The notes beneath the pieces were generated by a model that made no database searches, had not been told where the DNA came from, and worked only from the letters and a program-made list of their open reading frames with translations. The position numbers were made by a program, and so were the translations under genes. A DNA stretch of 24,000 nucleotides from assembly GCF_007990775.1 (NCBI RefSeq), contig NZ_BJXB01000001.1:405168-429167 (forward strand), written 5' to 3'. Source of the DNA: Deinococcus cellulosilyticus NBRC 106333 = KACC 11606. GTDB taxonomy: Bacteria > Deinococcota > Deinococci > Deinococcales > Deinococcaceae. Shown here in pieces: positions 14,160 to 22,590 of this stretch; position 1 is the first letter of the stretch; every line of letters starts with the position of its first letter.

Positions 14160-14187
14160 CTCTCGGCTCTCGGCCCTCGGCTCTCGG
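14160..14187 (+). repeat. Heptamer tandem array CTCTCGG CTCTCGG CCCTCGG CTCTCGG
   Basis: Read directly. Lies 31-58 nt upstream of the SDR ATG. Confidence 0.8.
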
Positions 14188-14217
14188 CAAATGAAAAATA
14201 ACCTGGAGGTAAAACAC

Positions 14218-15054
14218 ATGGAAGACACGCCGATGGAAAAACCCGGATATCAAAAAGAAATGACCCCCAGACCGGAAGTCATCAGCAAAGATTACAAGCC
14301 CGCAGGAAAACTTGAAGGACAGGTCGCCATCATCTCAGGGGGTGACTCTGGAATTGGCCGTTCTGTTGCGGTGGCATTCGCAGCAGAAGGGGCAGATGTC
14401 GCCATCATCTACCTTGAAGAAAACGAAGACGCCCGCGACACCCGCAAGATGGTCGAGAAATGGGGCAAGAAGTGCCTCCTGATTGCCGGAGACGTGGGCA
14501 AACCCGAGTTCTGTGAACAGGCCGTGCAGCGCACCCTGGAGGAATTCGGCAAGCTGGACATCGTGGTGAACAATGCCGCCGAGCAGACCCCCCAGGAAGA
14601 CTTCATGAAAATCACCCCGGAGCAGCTTGAAAAAACCTTCCGCACCAACATCTTCGGATATTTCTTCCTGACCCGCGCAGCCATGCCCCACCTGAAAGAG
14701 GGAGCACGCATCATCAACACCACCTCGGTCACCGCCTACCGTGGAAGCCCTGGACTGGTGGATTACTCTGCCACCAAAGGGGCGATTGTGGCCTTCACCC
14801 GATCTCTGTCAGGCATGCTCGCTGAACAAAAAATTCGCGTCAATGGCGTGGCTCCCGGTCCCATCTGGACCCCACTGATCCCCAGCACCTTCCCGGAAGA
14901 CAAGGTGGAAAAATTCGGGGAAGACACCCCACTGGGGCGCCCTGGTCAGCCCAGCGAAGTGGCCACCTGCTTCGTGTTCCTGGCCTCTCAGGACAGCAGT
15001 TACATCACCGGTCAGGTGCTGCACCCCAACGGCGGGGAAATCATCAACGGATAA
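14218..15054 (+). CDS. SDR-family oxidoreductase of the YdaD/YhdF/YghA general-stress type, 278 aa
   Basis: Start moved to the ATG at 14218, with GGAGG 9 nt upstream. Motifs: KLEGQVAIISGGDSGIGRSVAVAFAAEGADVAIIY (cofactor binding), NNAA, YSATKGA (catalytic Y-x3-K). Confidence 0.9.
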   Translation: MEDTPMEKPGYQKEMTPRPEVISKDYKPAGKLEGQVAIISGGDSGIGRSVAVAFAAEGADVAIIYLEENEDARDTRKMVEKWGKKCLLIAGDVGKPEFCEQAVQRTLEEFGKLDIVVNNAAEQTPQEDFMKITPEQLEKTFRTNIFGYFFLTRAAMPHLKEGARIINTTSVTAYRGSPGLVDYSATKGAIVAFTRSLSGMLAEQKIRVNGVAPGPIWTPLIPSTFPEDKVEKFGEDTPLGRPGQPSEVATCFVFLASQDSSYITGQVLHPNGGEIING

Positions 15055-15058
15055 AAAG

Positions 15059-15281
15059 CATTCAGCTTTCAGCGGTCAGGAACAAAGCAAAGAGCCAGGA
15101 ACATTTGGCTGTCAGCAGAGTGGAAAAGGTCTGGTTGCAGACCAAATTGAGCATTTTGGCTCACCTGGCCCTCTGAGCTTTGATCAAGATTCTGATCCAG
15201 CACACATCCTCGGTCTCCTGGCCATCAGCGAAAGAATCCAGTCCTCTTTTGCTGATGGCTGAAAGCTGAAGGCTGACCGCT
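15059..15281. repeat. Inverted heptamer arrays flanking a structured roughly 170-bp segment
   Basis: Left array is CATTCAG CTTTCAG CGGTCAG (15059-15079). Right array is GCTGATG GCTGAAA GCTGAAG GCTGACC GCT (15251-15281). Segment 15061-15073 is the exact reverse complement of 15258-15270. An internal hairpin pairs GCCATCAGC (15221-15229) with GCTGATGGC (15251-15259). Confidence 0.7.
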
Positions 15282-15361
15282 CCACACTACCTGCATGGCA
15301 GGGCTCTGGATTTCCTCTGAACTGTCAGTTTTCTGTCACACACAATCGTTACGCTGTAGTT

Positions 15362-15691
15362 GTGGAGTTGTTCGATCCAGTTCAGAGGGACCTGAAACAG
15401 GTCATTTCCCTGCTGCACCGTCCCGATGTGGACCAGCAGGTCAGCAAGATTTACCAGATCCTTTACCGGGTGGCATTGCGGATCGGCAAAAGAACCAGAG
15501 CCAGCAGGGGAGAGCCTTTCACCCTGCGGCGCAAAGAGGATGACTTTCTGCCTGTGCGCTTTCAGCTGTACAAGGCCCATTGCCTGAAAGCCGTCACAGA
15601 AGCACTTGACCAGTGGAAACAGCGTCCCAGAACCCGGGATCAGCTGAACGAAATTTTTCTCTGCATGCAAGTGGCCCTGGCCTGCTTCTGA
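15362..15691 (+). CDS. Hypothetical protein, 109 aa (uncertain)
   Basis: GTG start without SD. Third-codon positions are G/C-rich like the neighbouring genes, and the frame ends 9 nt before a strong terminator. No family recognised. Confidence 0.4.
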   Translation: MELFDPVQRDLKQVISLLHRPDVDQQVSKIYQILYRVALRIGKRTRASRGEPFTLRRKEDDFLPVRFQLYKAHCLKAVTEALDQWKQRPRTRDQLNEIFLCMQVALACF

Positions 15692-15700
15692 GACCAAAAC

Positions 15701-15728
15701 AAACCCGGAGAGATGTCTCTCCGGGTTT
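15701..15728. terminator. Bidirectional terminator (end of the deo operon and of the 109-aa ORF)
   Basis: AAACCCGGAGAGA-tg-TCTCTCCGGGTTT, with 13-nt perfect arms including A/T tracts on both sides. Confidence 0.85.
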
Positions 15729-15753
15729 CACTTTGTGGACTTGAAGGGAAAAC

Positions 15754-16905
15754 TTACTTCAGGGCACTCCAGAAGCTCTCTCCAGGGCCTTCCCACTGCA
15801 CCCCAAGGGCCTCTGCCACGGTGGCCCCCACATCACTGAAAGTGGCCCGTTCTCCCAGATCCACTGCACCTTTGCCAGGGCGGTAGGTCAGGAGCATGCC
15901 GTATTCGCGGGTGTGATCGGTCCCGGGAGCAGTGGGGTCGTTTCCGTGATCGCTGATCAGGACCAGCAGGCCATCCTCGGGCACCTGGGCCAGAATTTCA
16001 GGCAGGTGGTCATCGAATTCCTTCAGGGCATTGCCATACCCCTGGGGGTCCCGACGGTGGCCGAACTTGGCATCGAAATCCACCAGGTTGGTGAAGACCA
16101 GACCGTTGAAATCTTCCTGCATGCGCTTCAGGGTTTTCTGAATGCCATCCAGGTTGTTGTCGGTGTGGATCTCCTCGGTGAAGCCCTGGTGGTCGTAGAT
16201 GTCGGGGATCTTGCCGATGCCCACCACGTCTTTGCCTGCCTCATGCAGTGCATTGAGCACCGTCCGAGGCGGGGTCAGTGAGAAATCCTTTCGAAGTTCC
16301 CCTGCACGTTCGAAAGGAAACGCCCCTTTGAACGGACGGGCGATCACGCGGGCCACAGCGTACTCCCCCTGCAGGATGTCACGGGCCTTCTGGCAGTAGT
16401 CGTACAGGGTCTCAATGGGAGTCACATCCAGATGGGTGGCAATTTGAAATACGCTGTCGGCACTGGTGTACACGATGGGGTAACCGGTTTTGATGTGCTC
16501 CTCGCCGTAGTCCTTGATGACCTCGGTTCCGCTGTAAGGCAAGTTGCACAGCCATTTGGTGCCAATGGCCTCCTCAAAACGGTCCATCACCTCCTGTGGA
16601 AAACCATCACTGAAGGTCCTGAAAGGATGCTCCAGCTGAACCCCCATGAATTCCCAGTGTCCGGTGGAGGTGTCTTTGCCCGCACTGACCTCTTTTAGGC
16701 GACCATAGCCACCCTCGGCCTGATCAGGGCTTTCAAGATTCACCGTTGGAATCTTGCCCAGACCCAGCTTTGCCAGGTTGGGAAGCTCGACTTTGCTCTG
16801 CTCCAGCGTGTGGTTGATGGTGTGAGAACCCACGTCCCCGAACTTTGCAGCATCAGGAAGTTCGCCCATGCCCACAGAGTCCAGCACAATCACTGTGATT
16901 TTCAT
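15754..16905 (-). CDS. deoB: Phosphopentomutase
   Basis: 383 aa, [29 protein letters not shown]...SDHGNDPT, the characteristic metal-binding motifs. Its SD AAGGAG lies inside the last codons of deoD. Confidence 0.95.
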   Translation of the reverse strand: MKITVIVLDSVGMGELPDAAKFGDVGSHTINHTLEQSKVELPNLAKLGLGKIPTVNLESPDQAEGGYGRLKEVSAGKDTSTGHWEFMGVQLEHPFRTFSDGFPQEVMDRFEEAIGTKWLCNLPYSGTEVIKDYGEEHIKTGYPIVYTSADSVFQIATHLDVTPIETLYDYCQKARDILQGEYAVARVIARPFKGAFPFERAGELRKDFSLTPPRTVLNALHEAGKDVVGIGKIPDIYDHQGFTEEIHTDNNLDGIQKTLKRMQEDFNGLVFTNLVDFDAKFGHRRDPQGYGNALKEFDDHLPEILAQVPEDGLLVLISDHGNDPTAPGTDHTREYGMLLTYRPGKGAVDLGERATFSDVGATVAEALGVQWEGPGESFWSALK

Positions 16906-16908
16906 GGT

Positions 16909-17622
16909 TCACTCCTTCTCGGCAATGGCGGCTTCCAGGGCAATCTGCACCATGTCATTGAAACTGGTCTGGCGCTCCATGGAACTGGTGGCCTCCCCGG
17001 TCACAAGGTGGTCACTCACAGTCAGGATGGTCAGGGCCTGCACCCCATACTTTGCCGCAATGGTGTAAAGTCCCGCAGCCTCCATTTCCACGCCCAGCAC
17101 GCCAAACTGAGCCCAGATCTTGTAGTGGTCCGGGTGGTCGTTGTAGAAGGTGTCGCTGGAGAAGATGTTCCCCACGCGCACAGCCTTGCCTGCACGTTTT
17201 GCAGCCAGGTAGGCCTGATGCAGCAGTTCAAAGTCAGCGATGGGTGCAAAGTTCCTGCCCCCAAAGCGAATGTTGTTGATCTGGCTGTCGGTGGAGGCCG
17301 CCTGGGCGAGAATCACATCGCGCACCTTCACATCCTCGTGGTAGGCCCCGCAGGTGCCCACCCGGATCAGCTTCTTGCAGCCATAATCGCGGATCAGTTC
17401 GTTCACGTAGATGGAGATGCTGGGAATGCCCATCCCGCTTCCCTGCACGCTGATGCGGTGCCCTTTGTAGGTTCCGGTGTACCCCAGCATGCCACGCACA
17501 TCGTTGTGCTGCTCGGCATTCTCCAGAAAGTTCTCGGCAATGTGTTTTGCCCTCAGGGGGTCACCGGGGAGAAGGACGGTTTCTGCGATCTGGCCGGGTT
17601 TTGCATTCAGGTGTACGCTCAT
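16909..17622 (-). CDS. deoD: Purine nucleoside phosphorylase, DeoD type
   Basis: 237 aa with [24 protein letters not shown] and RVGTCG motifs, the hexameric PNP family. Confidence 0.95.
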   Translation of the reverse strand: MSVHLNAKPGQIAETVLLPGDPLRAKHIAENFLENAEQHNDVRGMLGYTGTYKGHRISVQGSGMGIPSISIYVNELIRDYGCKKLIRVGTCGAYHEDVKVRDVILAQAASTDSQINNIRFGGRNFAPIADFELLHQAYLAAKRAGKAVRVGNIFSSDTFYNDHPDHYKIWAQFGVLGVEMEAAGLYTIAAKYGVQALTILTVSDHLVTGEATSSMERQTSFNDMVQIALEAAIAEKE

Positions 17623-17642
17623 GGGGTTTCCTTTGTGTGGTT

Positions 17643-17668
17643 GGGTGAGAGGGCGGATGGGGGAGGGG
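17643..17668 (+). other. Canonical G-quadruplex-type motif GGG-tgaga-GGG-cggat-GGGGG-a-GGGG
   Basis: Four G-runs of at least 3 with loops of 5, 5 and 1 nt, read directly. On the template strand for deoD, 21-46 nt upstream of its ATG. Confidence 0.6.
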
Positions 17669-17684
17669 TGGTTGGAAAGAGTGG

Positions 17685-17712
17685 ACAGTTTACAGTGAAC
17701 AGTTCACAGCAA
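17685..17712 (+). repeat. Heptamer tandem array ACAGTTT ACAGTGA ACAGTTC ACAGCAA
   Basis: Read directly, inside the pdp-deoD spacer. Confidence 0.8.
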
Positions 17713-17793
17713 GATGGGCTCTGGCTCCTGGGTGGACGAGGAGGGAAACTGCCCCTGTATTTCGTTGACACGCTGTTTTCAAGCGGCTACATA

Positions 17794-17816
17794 GCCTTCT
17801 GCCTTCTGCCTTCTGC
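17794..17816 (+). repeat. Heptamer tandem array GCCTTCT x3 (+GC)
   Basis: Read directly. Ends 13 nt from the pdp stop codon. Same unit as at 12978-13012 and 5757-5777. Confidence 0.8.
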
Positions 17817-17829
17817 GGCGAGCATCGCC

Positions 17830-19122
17830 TTACGAAATGTGCCCCAGAATCAGTGGCATTTCTGCGGGTTTTGCTGCATCAATGCGAAGGGCTTCCTGAA
17901 CCAGTGTGAAGGCAGCATCTTTGCCTTTCTGGTTGTGGTAGATGCGGGCGATGGGCTGTCCTGCTTCGACAGCATCCCCGATTTTGTGCAGCAGTTCGAT
18001 GCCCACCGAGTGGTCGATGGCTTCCCCTTTGGTTTCCCGGCCTCCGCCGAGGACCAGCAGGGCCTGACCGATCTTGAGGGCTTCGATGTGTGCAATGAAA
18101 CCAGACTGTCCTGCTTTGACTTCCACGGTTTCTGGAGCCACATGGAACAGAGAGGGATCATCGATGTACCTGGGGTCGCCACCCTGTGAGGCCACAAAGG
18201 CCCGGAGTTTGGCGAGGGCAGAGCCATCTTTGAGGACTTCTCTGGGTCTGCGGTCTGCTTCTTCTTCACTGAAGCCTTCTGCAAGCAATGTTTCCTTCGC
18301 CAGGGCGAGGCACAGTTCACGCAGGTCTTCGGGGCCTTCGCCTTTAAGGGTGGAGATGGCTTCGAGCACTTCCAGGGTGTTGCCGGTCATGAATCCGAGA
18401 GGGGTTTCCATGTCGGTGAGCACTGCCCTCACGTTGCGTCCGCTCAGTTTGCCGATGTTGACCATGGCCTCTGCCAGCTTGCGACCATCTTCCAGGGTCT
18501 TCATGAAGGCACCGCTGCCCACCTTCACGTCCAGAACGATGGTTTTTGCACCTGCTGCAAGTTTCTTGCTCATGATGGAACTGGCGATCAGGGGCAGGCA
18601 GTCCACGGTGGCGGTCACGTCCCGCAGGGCGTAGAGCAGGCCATCTGCAGGGGCAAGGTTTTTGCTCTGTCCCACCAGCGCCAGACCGATTTCTCTGGCC
18701 TGTTTGAGGAAAGGCTCGTCTGCGAGCACGGGGCTCCAGCCTGGAATGCTTTCCAGTTTGTCGATGGTGCCTCCGGTGTGGGCCAGACCGCGCCCGCTCA
18801 TCTTGGCCACCGTGAGGCCCAGGGCGGCCAGCATGGGGGTCAGGACCAGACTGGTCTTGTCGCCCACCCCTCCGGTGGAGTGCTTGTCCACGGTGTGGGA
18901 CAGGCTGGAGAGGTCCAGCATGTCGCCACTTTCGGCCATGGCGAGGGTCAGGTAAGTGGTTTCCTCGGCGGTCATGCCCTTGAAGAACACGGCCATCAGC
19001 CATGCGGCCACCTGATAGTCGGGCACCTGTCCGTTCACATAATCGAGGATCAGGGTGCGCAGTTCGGCTTCGGTGTGCTGACCACCATCCCGTTTCTTCT
19101 GGATCAGGTCGGGGATGCGCAT
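17830..19122 (-). CDS. pdp: Pyrimidine-nucleoside (thymidine) phosphorylase
   Basis: Start moved to the ATG at 19122 ([14 protein letters not shown]...), 1 nt after the deoC stop. Contains [14 protein letters not shown] and the C-terminal PYNP domain. Confidence 0.93.
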   Translation of the reverse strand: MRIPDLIQKKRDGGQHTEAELRTLILDYVNGQVPDYQVAAWLMAVFFKGMTAEETTYLTLAMAESGDMLDLSSLSHTVDKHSTGGVGDKTSLVLTPMLAALGLTVAKMSGRGLAHTGGTIDKLESIPGWSPVLADEPFLKQAREIGLALVGQSKNLAPADGLLYALRDVTATVDCLPLIASSIMSKKLAAGAKTIVLDVKVGSGAFMKTLEDGRKLAEAMVNIGKLSGRNVRAVLTDMETPLGFMTGNTLEVLEAISTLKGEGPEDLRELCLALAKETLLAEGFSEEEADRRPREVLKDGSALAKLRAFVASQGGDPRYIDDPSLFHVAPETVEVKAGQSGFIAHIEALKIGQALLVLGGGRETKGEAIDHSVGIELLHKIGDAVEAGQPIARIYHNQKGKDAAFTLVQEALRIDAAKPAEMPLILGHIS

Positions 19123-19123
19123 G

Positions 19124-19789
19124 TCAGTACCCTTCGCCTGCGGTCTGGCCCTGCACCAGGGCGACGCCACTGGAGGTTCCCAGTCGGGTGGCTCCTGCCT
19201 CAATGAATCTTTGTGCGTCCTGGAAGGTTTTCACTCCTCCTGCGGCCTTGATGCCGATTTTGCCCTGGGTGACCCTTGCCATGAGCTGGATGTCTTCCAG
19301 GGTGGCTCCACCTGTGCCAAATCCGGTGCTGGTTTTCACGAAATCAGCTCCGGCCTGCAAGACCAGTTCAGTGGCTTTTTCTTTTTCTGCATCGGTCAGA
19401 TAGCAGGTCTCGATGATCACTTTGAGGATCACGTCCTGGGTGGCTTCGCGCACGGCCTGAATGTCTTCCAAAACCAGATCCCAGTTTCCAGCTTTGGCTG
19501 CACCGATGTTGATGACCATGTCCACTTCATCGGCCCCGAGTTCCACACTCTGGGCGGCTTCCTTGGCTTTCTGCTCAGGGGTCAGGGCTCCGAGGGGGAA
19601 ACCTGCCACGGTGGCGACCTTCACTTCGCTTTCCGACAGGCATTCCAGGGCCAGGGCAACGTAACTGGGATTCACACAGACGGCTTTGAAGCTGTGCTCC
19701 ATGGCCTCACTGCACAGTTTGCGGATGTCGTCCGGGGTCGCTGTGGCCTTCAGGAGGGTGTGGTCAATGTATTCAGCAAGATTATTCAT
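19124..19789 (-). CDS. deoC: Deoxyribose-phosphate aldolase
   Basis: 221 aa with [16 protein letters not shown] and FVKTSTGF (Schiff-base Lys) motifs. Confidence 0.95.
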   Translation of the reverse strand: MNNLAEYIDHTLLKATATPDDIRKLCSEAMEHSFKAVCVNPSYVALALECLSESEVKVATVAGFPLGALTPEQKAKEAAQSVELGADEVDMVINIGAAKAGNWDLVLEDIQAVREATQDVILKVIIETCYLTDAEKEKATELVLQAGADFVKTSTGFGTGGATLEDIQLMARVTQGKIGIKAAGGVKTFQDAQRFIEAGATRLGTSSGVALVQGQTAGEGY

Positions 19790-20687
19790 ATGCTTTACCT
19801 ACGGCTTTCGGTGCGGTCCCTTTGCCGGTGAGGGCCAGGGCAATGATGGTGAAGAGGAACGGAAGTATCTGCACAATACTGCTTGGGAACAGGTCAGTTC
19901 CACCCAGCGTGATCGACAGTGCACTGAAAAACCCGAACAGCAAGGTGGCCCCGAGGGTTCCGAGCGGTGTCCACTTCCCGAAAATCAGCGCAGCGAGGGC
20001 AATGAAGCCTGTGCCTGCCGAGAGGTTGCGGGTGAAGCTGTTCAGGAAGCCAATCGAGAGGAAGACTCCGGCGGTTCCGGCCAGCATGCCCGAGATGATC
20101 ACGGCACTGTAGCGGATGCGGTACACGTTCACACCCATGCTTGCAGCGGCTTTTGGGTGTTCACCGGTGGCCCGGATTCTCAGGCCATATGGGGTTTTAT
20201 ACATGATGTACCATGCCAGCAGAACCATCAGGAAGGCAAAATACACTGGTGGGCTGAACCGGAAGTCCCCGAAGCCCCACTGGGGCAAAGCGTGTTCAAC
20301 GGTCTTGGATTCGGTGGAGGAGCCATAAAGGAAGCCCAGCACGATGCCGGGAACGCCGACGGCCAGCAGGTTGATGGCGGTGCCTGAAATCACCTGATCG
20401 GCCTTGTACTTGATGGAGACAATGGCGTGAATCCAGCCGATCAGACCACCCGTGAGGGCTCCGGCAATCCAGCCCACCCAGGGTGCAGCGTTGCCCAGGG
20501 TTGGGTCCAGCAGCTGGGTGGTCACAGCACCTGCGAGAGCACCGAAGATGATGATGCCTTCCAGGGCGATGTTGACCACACCTGCACGCTCACTGAAGAG
20601 GCCGCCGAGGGCTGCGAGCAAGAGGGGGGTGGTGGCGCGAATCAGGGTGGCCAGAAAGGTCAGGGAGAAGAGGTCCGTGAAAATCAT
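19782..20687 (-). CDS. ABC transporter permease, BMP/nucleoside type (NupQ/YufQ-like)
   Basis: 301 aa, multi-TM, with RATTPLLLAALGGLFSERAGVVNIALEG. Has a 4-nt ATGA overlap with the upstream permease and an 8-nt overlap with deoC. Confidence 0.9.
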   Translation of the reverse strand: MIFTDLFSLTFLATLIRATTPLLLAALGGLFSERAGVVNIALEGIIIFGALAGAVTTQLLDPTLGNAAPWVGWIAGALTGGLIGWIHAIVSIKYKADQVISGTAINLLAVGVPGIVLGFLYGSSTESKTVEHALPQWGFGDFRFSPPVYFAFLMVLLAWYIMYKTPYGLRIRATGEHPKAAASMGVNVYRIRYSAVIISGMLAGTAGVFLSIGFLNSFTRNLSAGTGFIALAALIFGKWTPLGTLGATLLFGFFSALSITLGGTDLFPSSIVQILPFLFTIIALALTGKGTAPKAVGKAYE

Positions 20688-22549
20688 GCGGTCACTTCCT
20701 TGCGTTCCTCTTGATGGGAGGTTCTGGGTTCAGGGGCTGCTGGAGGCGGGCTGATGATCTTCTTGCTCAGGAAGCCCTGGGCAGCGATGATCAGCACGAT
20801 GATGGCTTTCAATACGGTCACAATGTCGCGGTTGAGGGCATCGAGTTTCTGGTCCACGTACATGCCGCCGGTGTCCAGCACCCCAAACAGCACGCTGGAC
20901 ACAACCACACCCACAGGGGTGCTCTGTCCAAGCAGGGCAATGGTGATGCCGTCAAATCCGACGCTCACAGGCAGGGATTGCTTCAGGCGGAACTCGTCCA
21001 AAGCTCCTCCCATCACGTAATGGGATGCGGTCAGTCCAGCGAAAGCTCCGGCAATGACCATCGCCAGGATGGTGTTGCGGGCCACGTTGATTCCGCCGTA
21101 TTCTGCGGCTTTGGGAGACAGGCCCACAGCGCGGATCTCGTATCCACGTGCGGTTCTCCACAGGAAGATGCCAAAGAAGGCTGCAGCCAGGAGGGCAATC
21201 AGGAAGGCGACATTCAGACGGCTGGTGATCAGGGCATCGGTGGCCTGAATGGTCATGGGAACCCACAGGGCAGCGGTGACTGCGATTCCAGACAGAGCCG
21301 CAATCCAAAGGCGGTTTTTGTTCTTGATCAGGCTGAAGACGATCCCGAGCACGATCAGGCCTGCAATCCAGCTCAGGCTGATGGTGTCTCCCACCTTGTG
21401 CAGGCCGAACAGGTACAGCAGGCTGGGAAAGTGGGCTCCAGGTTGCAGTTCTGCACTCTTGGCCTCAAAACCCTCTGCCTTGAAGGGGAGGTGGAAAGTC
21501 TGCCCGAAGAACTTCACTTCATTCGAGCCGATCATGAACACGAAGATCCCGGCGGCAACATAGTTCAGCATGATGGTGTTGATGACTTCACTGGACCCGA
21601 AGCGTGCCTTGAGCCAGCCGACCAGCCCACCCCACAGTGCCCCTCCGAGTGCACCTGCAATCACGGTCAGGGGCAGCAGCAGTGCAGCAGGCAGAGGCAC
21701 GTAAACCCCGACCAGCATGGCACAGATGGCCCCAATGGTCATCTGACCGGGTGCGCCGATGTTGAAGAGACCTGCCCGGAAAGCAAAGGCCACACTGAGA
21801 CCCGTCAGGATCAGGGGGGTGGCAAGCACCAGGCTCTGCAGGAAATCCGGCAGGCTGGTGAGGGGCGCAAAGAGGGTCGAGTACACGAAGTAGATCAGGT
21901 CGAACTTCCCGAGCACCACTTCACCGAAAGTGAGTGGGCTGCTCAGGCCACTGGGCACGCTCTGAATCCCAATGATGATCAGTGCACCCCCCAGAATGGC
22001 AATCAGGAAGGACACGGAGGGGACAAGCGCCCAGCGCAGTTTCTCCATGCGCTCACGCCACACTTTGAAGCCACTCAGGCCTGTTGCCACGGTCACCAGA
22101 GAGGCAAGAAGGCCCAGCACCAGTCCCATGTTGGCTCCACCAGAAGTGAAAGGAATGCGCCTGAGGGGAATGTTCTGGTCCAGCAGGACCTGGGTGGCCT
22201 GCCCAAGGGAAACATGGATGCTGATCATGGCGAGGGCAGCCACCAGCAGGCCAGCAACGCCTGAAATCCACATCCAGGAGGCCTTGCGCAGGGCAGCAAA
22301 GGCAGACAGCAGCAGGCAGGCAAAGAGAGCCCAGCCCAGACCCAGGGCAAGGTCCATCGAGGGGAGGTTCTCGGGGGGAAAGCCCGAATAGTCCATCACT
22401 TTTCCGGTCAGCATCTGCAGGGTGCCTGCTCCACTGAAATTCCGGGCGTAGGTCAGGTAGGGGAGGGCCATCAGTCCCAGTCCGGCAACCAGACTGGTGT
22501 ACAGCGCAATGCTTGTTGCGCTCTTGGTGGTTTGATAACTCTGGCTCAT
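20684..22549 (-). CDS. ABC transporter permease, BMP/nucleoside type (NupP/YufP-like) with a long N-terminal membrane extension, 621 aa
   Basis: The conserved core starts near residue 168 ([11 protein letters not shown]...) and includes [28 protein letters not shown]. Residues 1-167 add about four predicted TM helices. GGAG lies 9 nt upstream of the ATG at 22549. Confidence 0.85.
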   Translation of the reverse strand: MSQSYQTTKSATSIALYTSLVAGLGLMALPYLTYARNFSGAGTLQMLTGKVMDYSGFPPENLPSMDLALGLGWALFACLLLSAFAALRKASWMWISGVAGLLVAALAMISIHVSLGQATQVLLDQNIPLRRIPFTSGGANMGLVLGLLASLVTVATGLSGFKVWRERMEKLRWALVPSVSFLIAILGGALIIIGIQSVPSGLSSPLTFGEVVLGKFDLIYFVYSTLFAPLTSLPDFLQSLVLATPLILTGLSVAFAFRAGLFNIGAPGQMTIGAICAMLVGVYVPLPAALLLPLTVIAGALGGALWGGLVGWLKARFGSSEVINTIMLNYVAAGIFVFMIGSNEVKFFGQTFHLPFKAEGFEAKSAELQPGAHFPSLLYLFGLHKVGDTISLSWIAGLIVLGIVFSLIKNKNRLWIAALSGIAVTAALWVPMTIQATDALITSRLNVAFLIALLAAAFFGIFLWRTARGYEIRAVGLSPKAAEYGGINVARNTILAMVIAGAFAGLTASHYVMGGALDEFRLKQSLPVSVGFDGITIALLGQSTPVGVVVSSVLFGVLDTGGMYVDQKLDALNRDIVTVLKAIIVLIIAAQGFLSKKIISPPPAAPEPRTSHQEERKEVTA

Positions 22550-22590
22550 GTGCGGTCTCCAGGGGTTTTGAAGTGTTCTTTGGTCTGGCC

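Noticed and set aside
15287-15697. 136-aa minus-strand ORF overlapping the 109-aa plus-strand ORF
   Set aside because: It would have to initiate 4 nt after the deoB terminator stem, with no promoter or SD. The plus-strand ORF ends just before that terminator and is the likelier candidate, although neither is certain.
12978-17816. Heptamer tandem arrays considered as a possible CRISPR or CRISPR-like array
   Set aside because: The units are 7 nt and contiguous with no spacers. The arrays have only 3-5 units and no cas genes are present. They are simple short tandem repeats.
16810-22264. Plus-strand ORFs 16810..18189 (459 aa), 19115..19831, 19686..20387 and 20711..22264 (517 aa)
   Set aside because: All lie antisense to the highly recognisable deo and ABC-permease genes. 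High GC3 on the true strand commonly keeps the opposite frame open.
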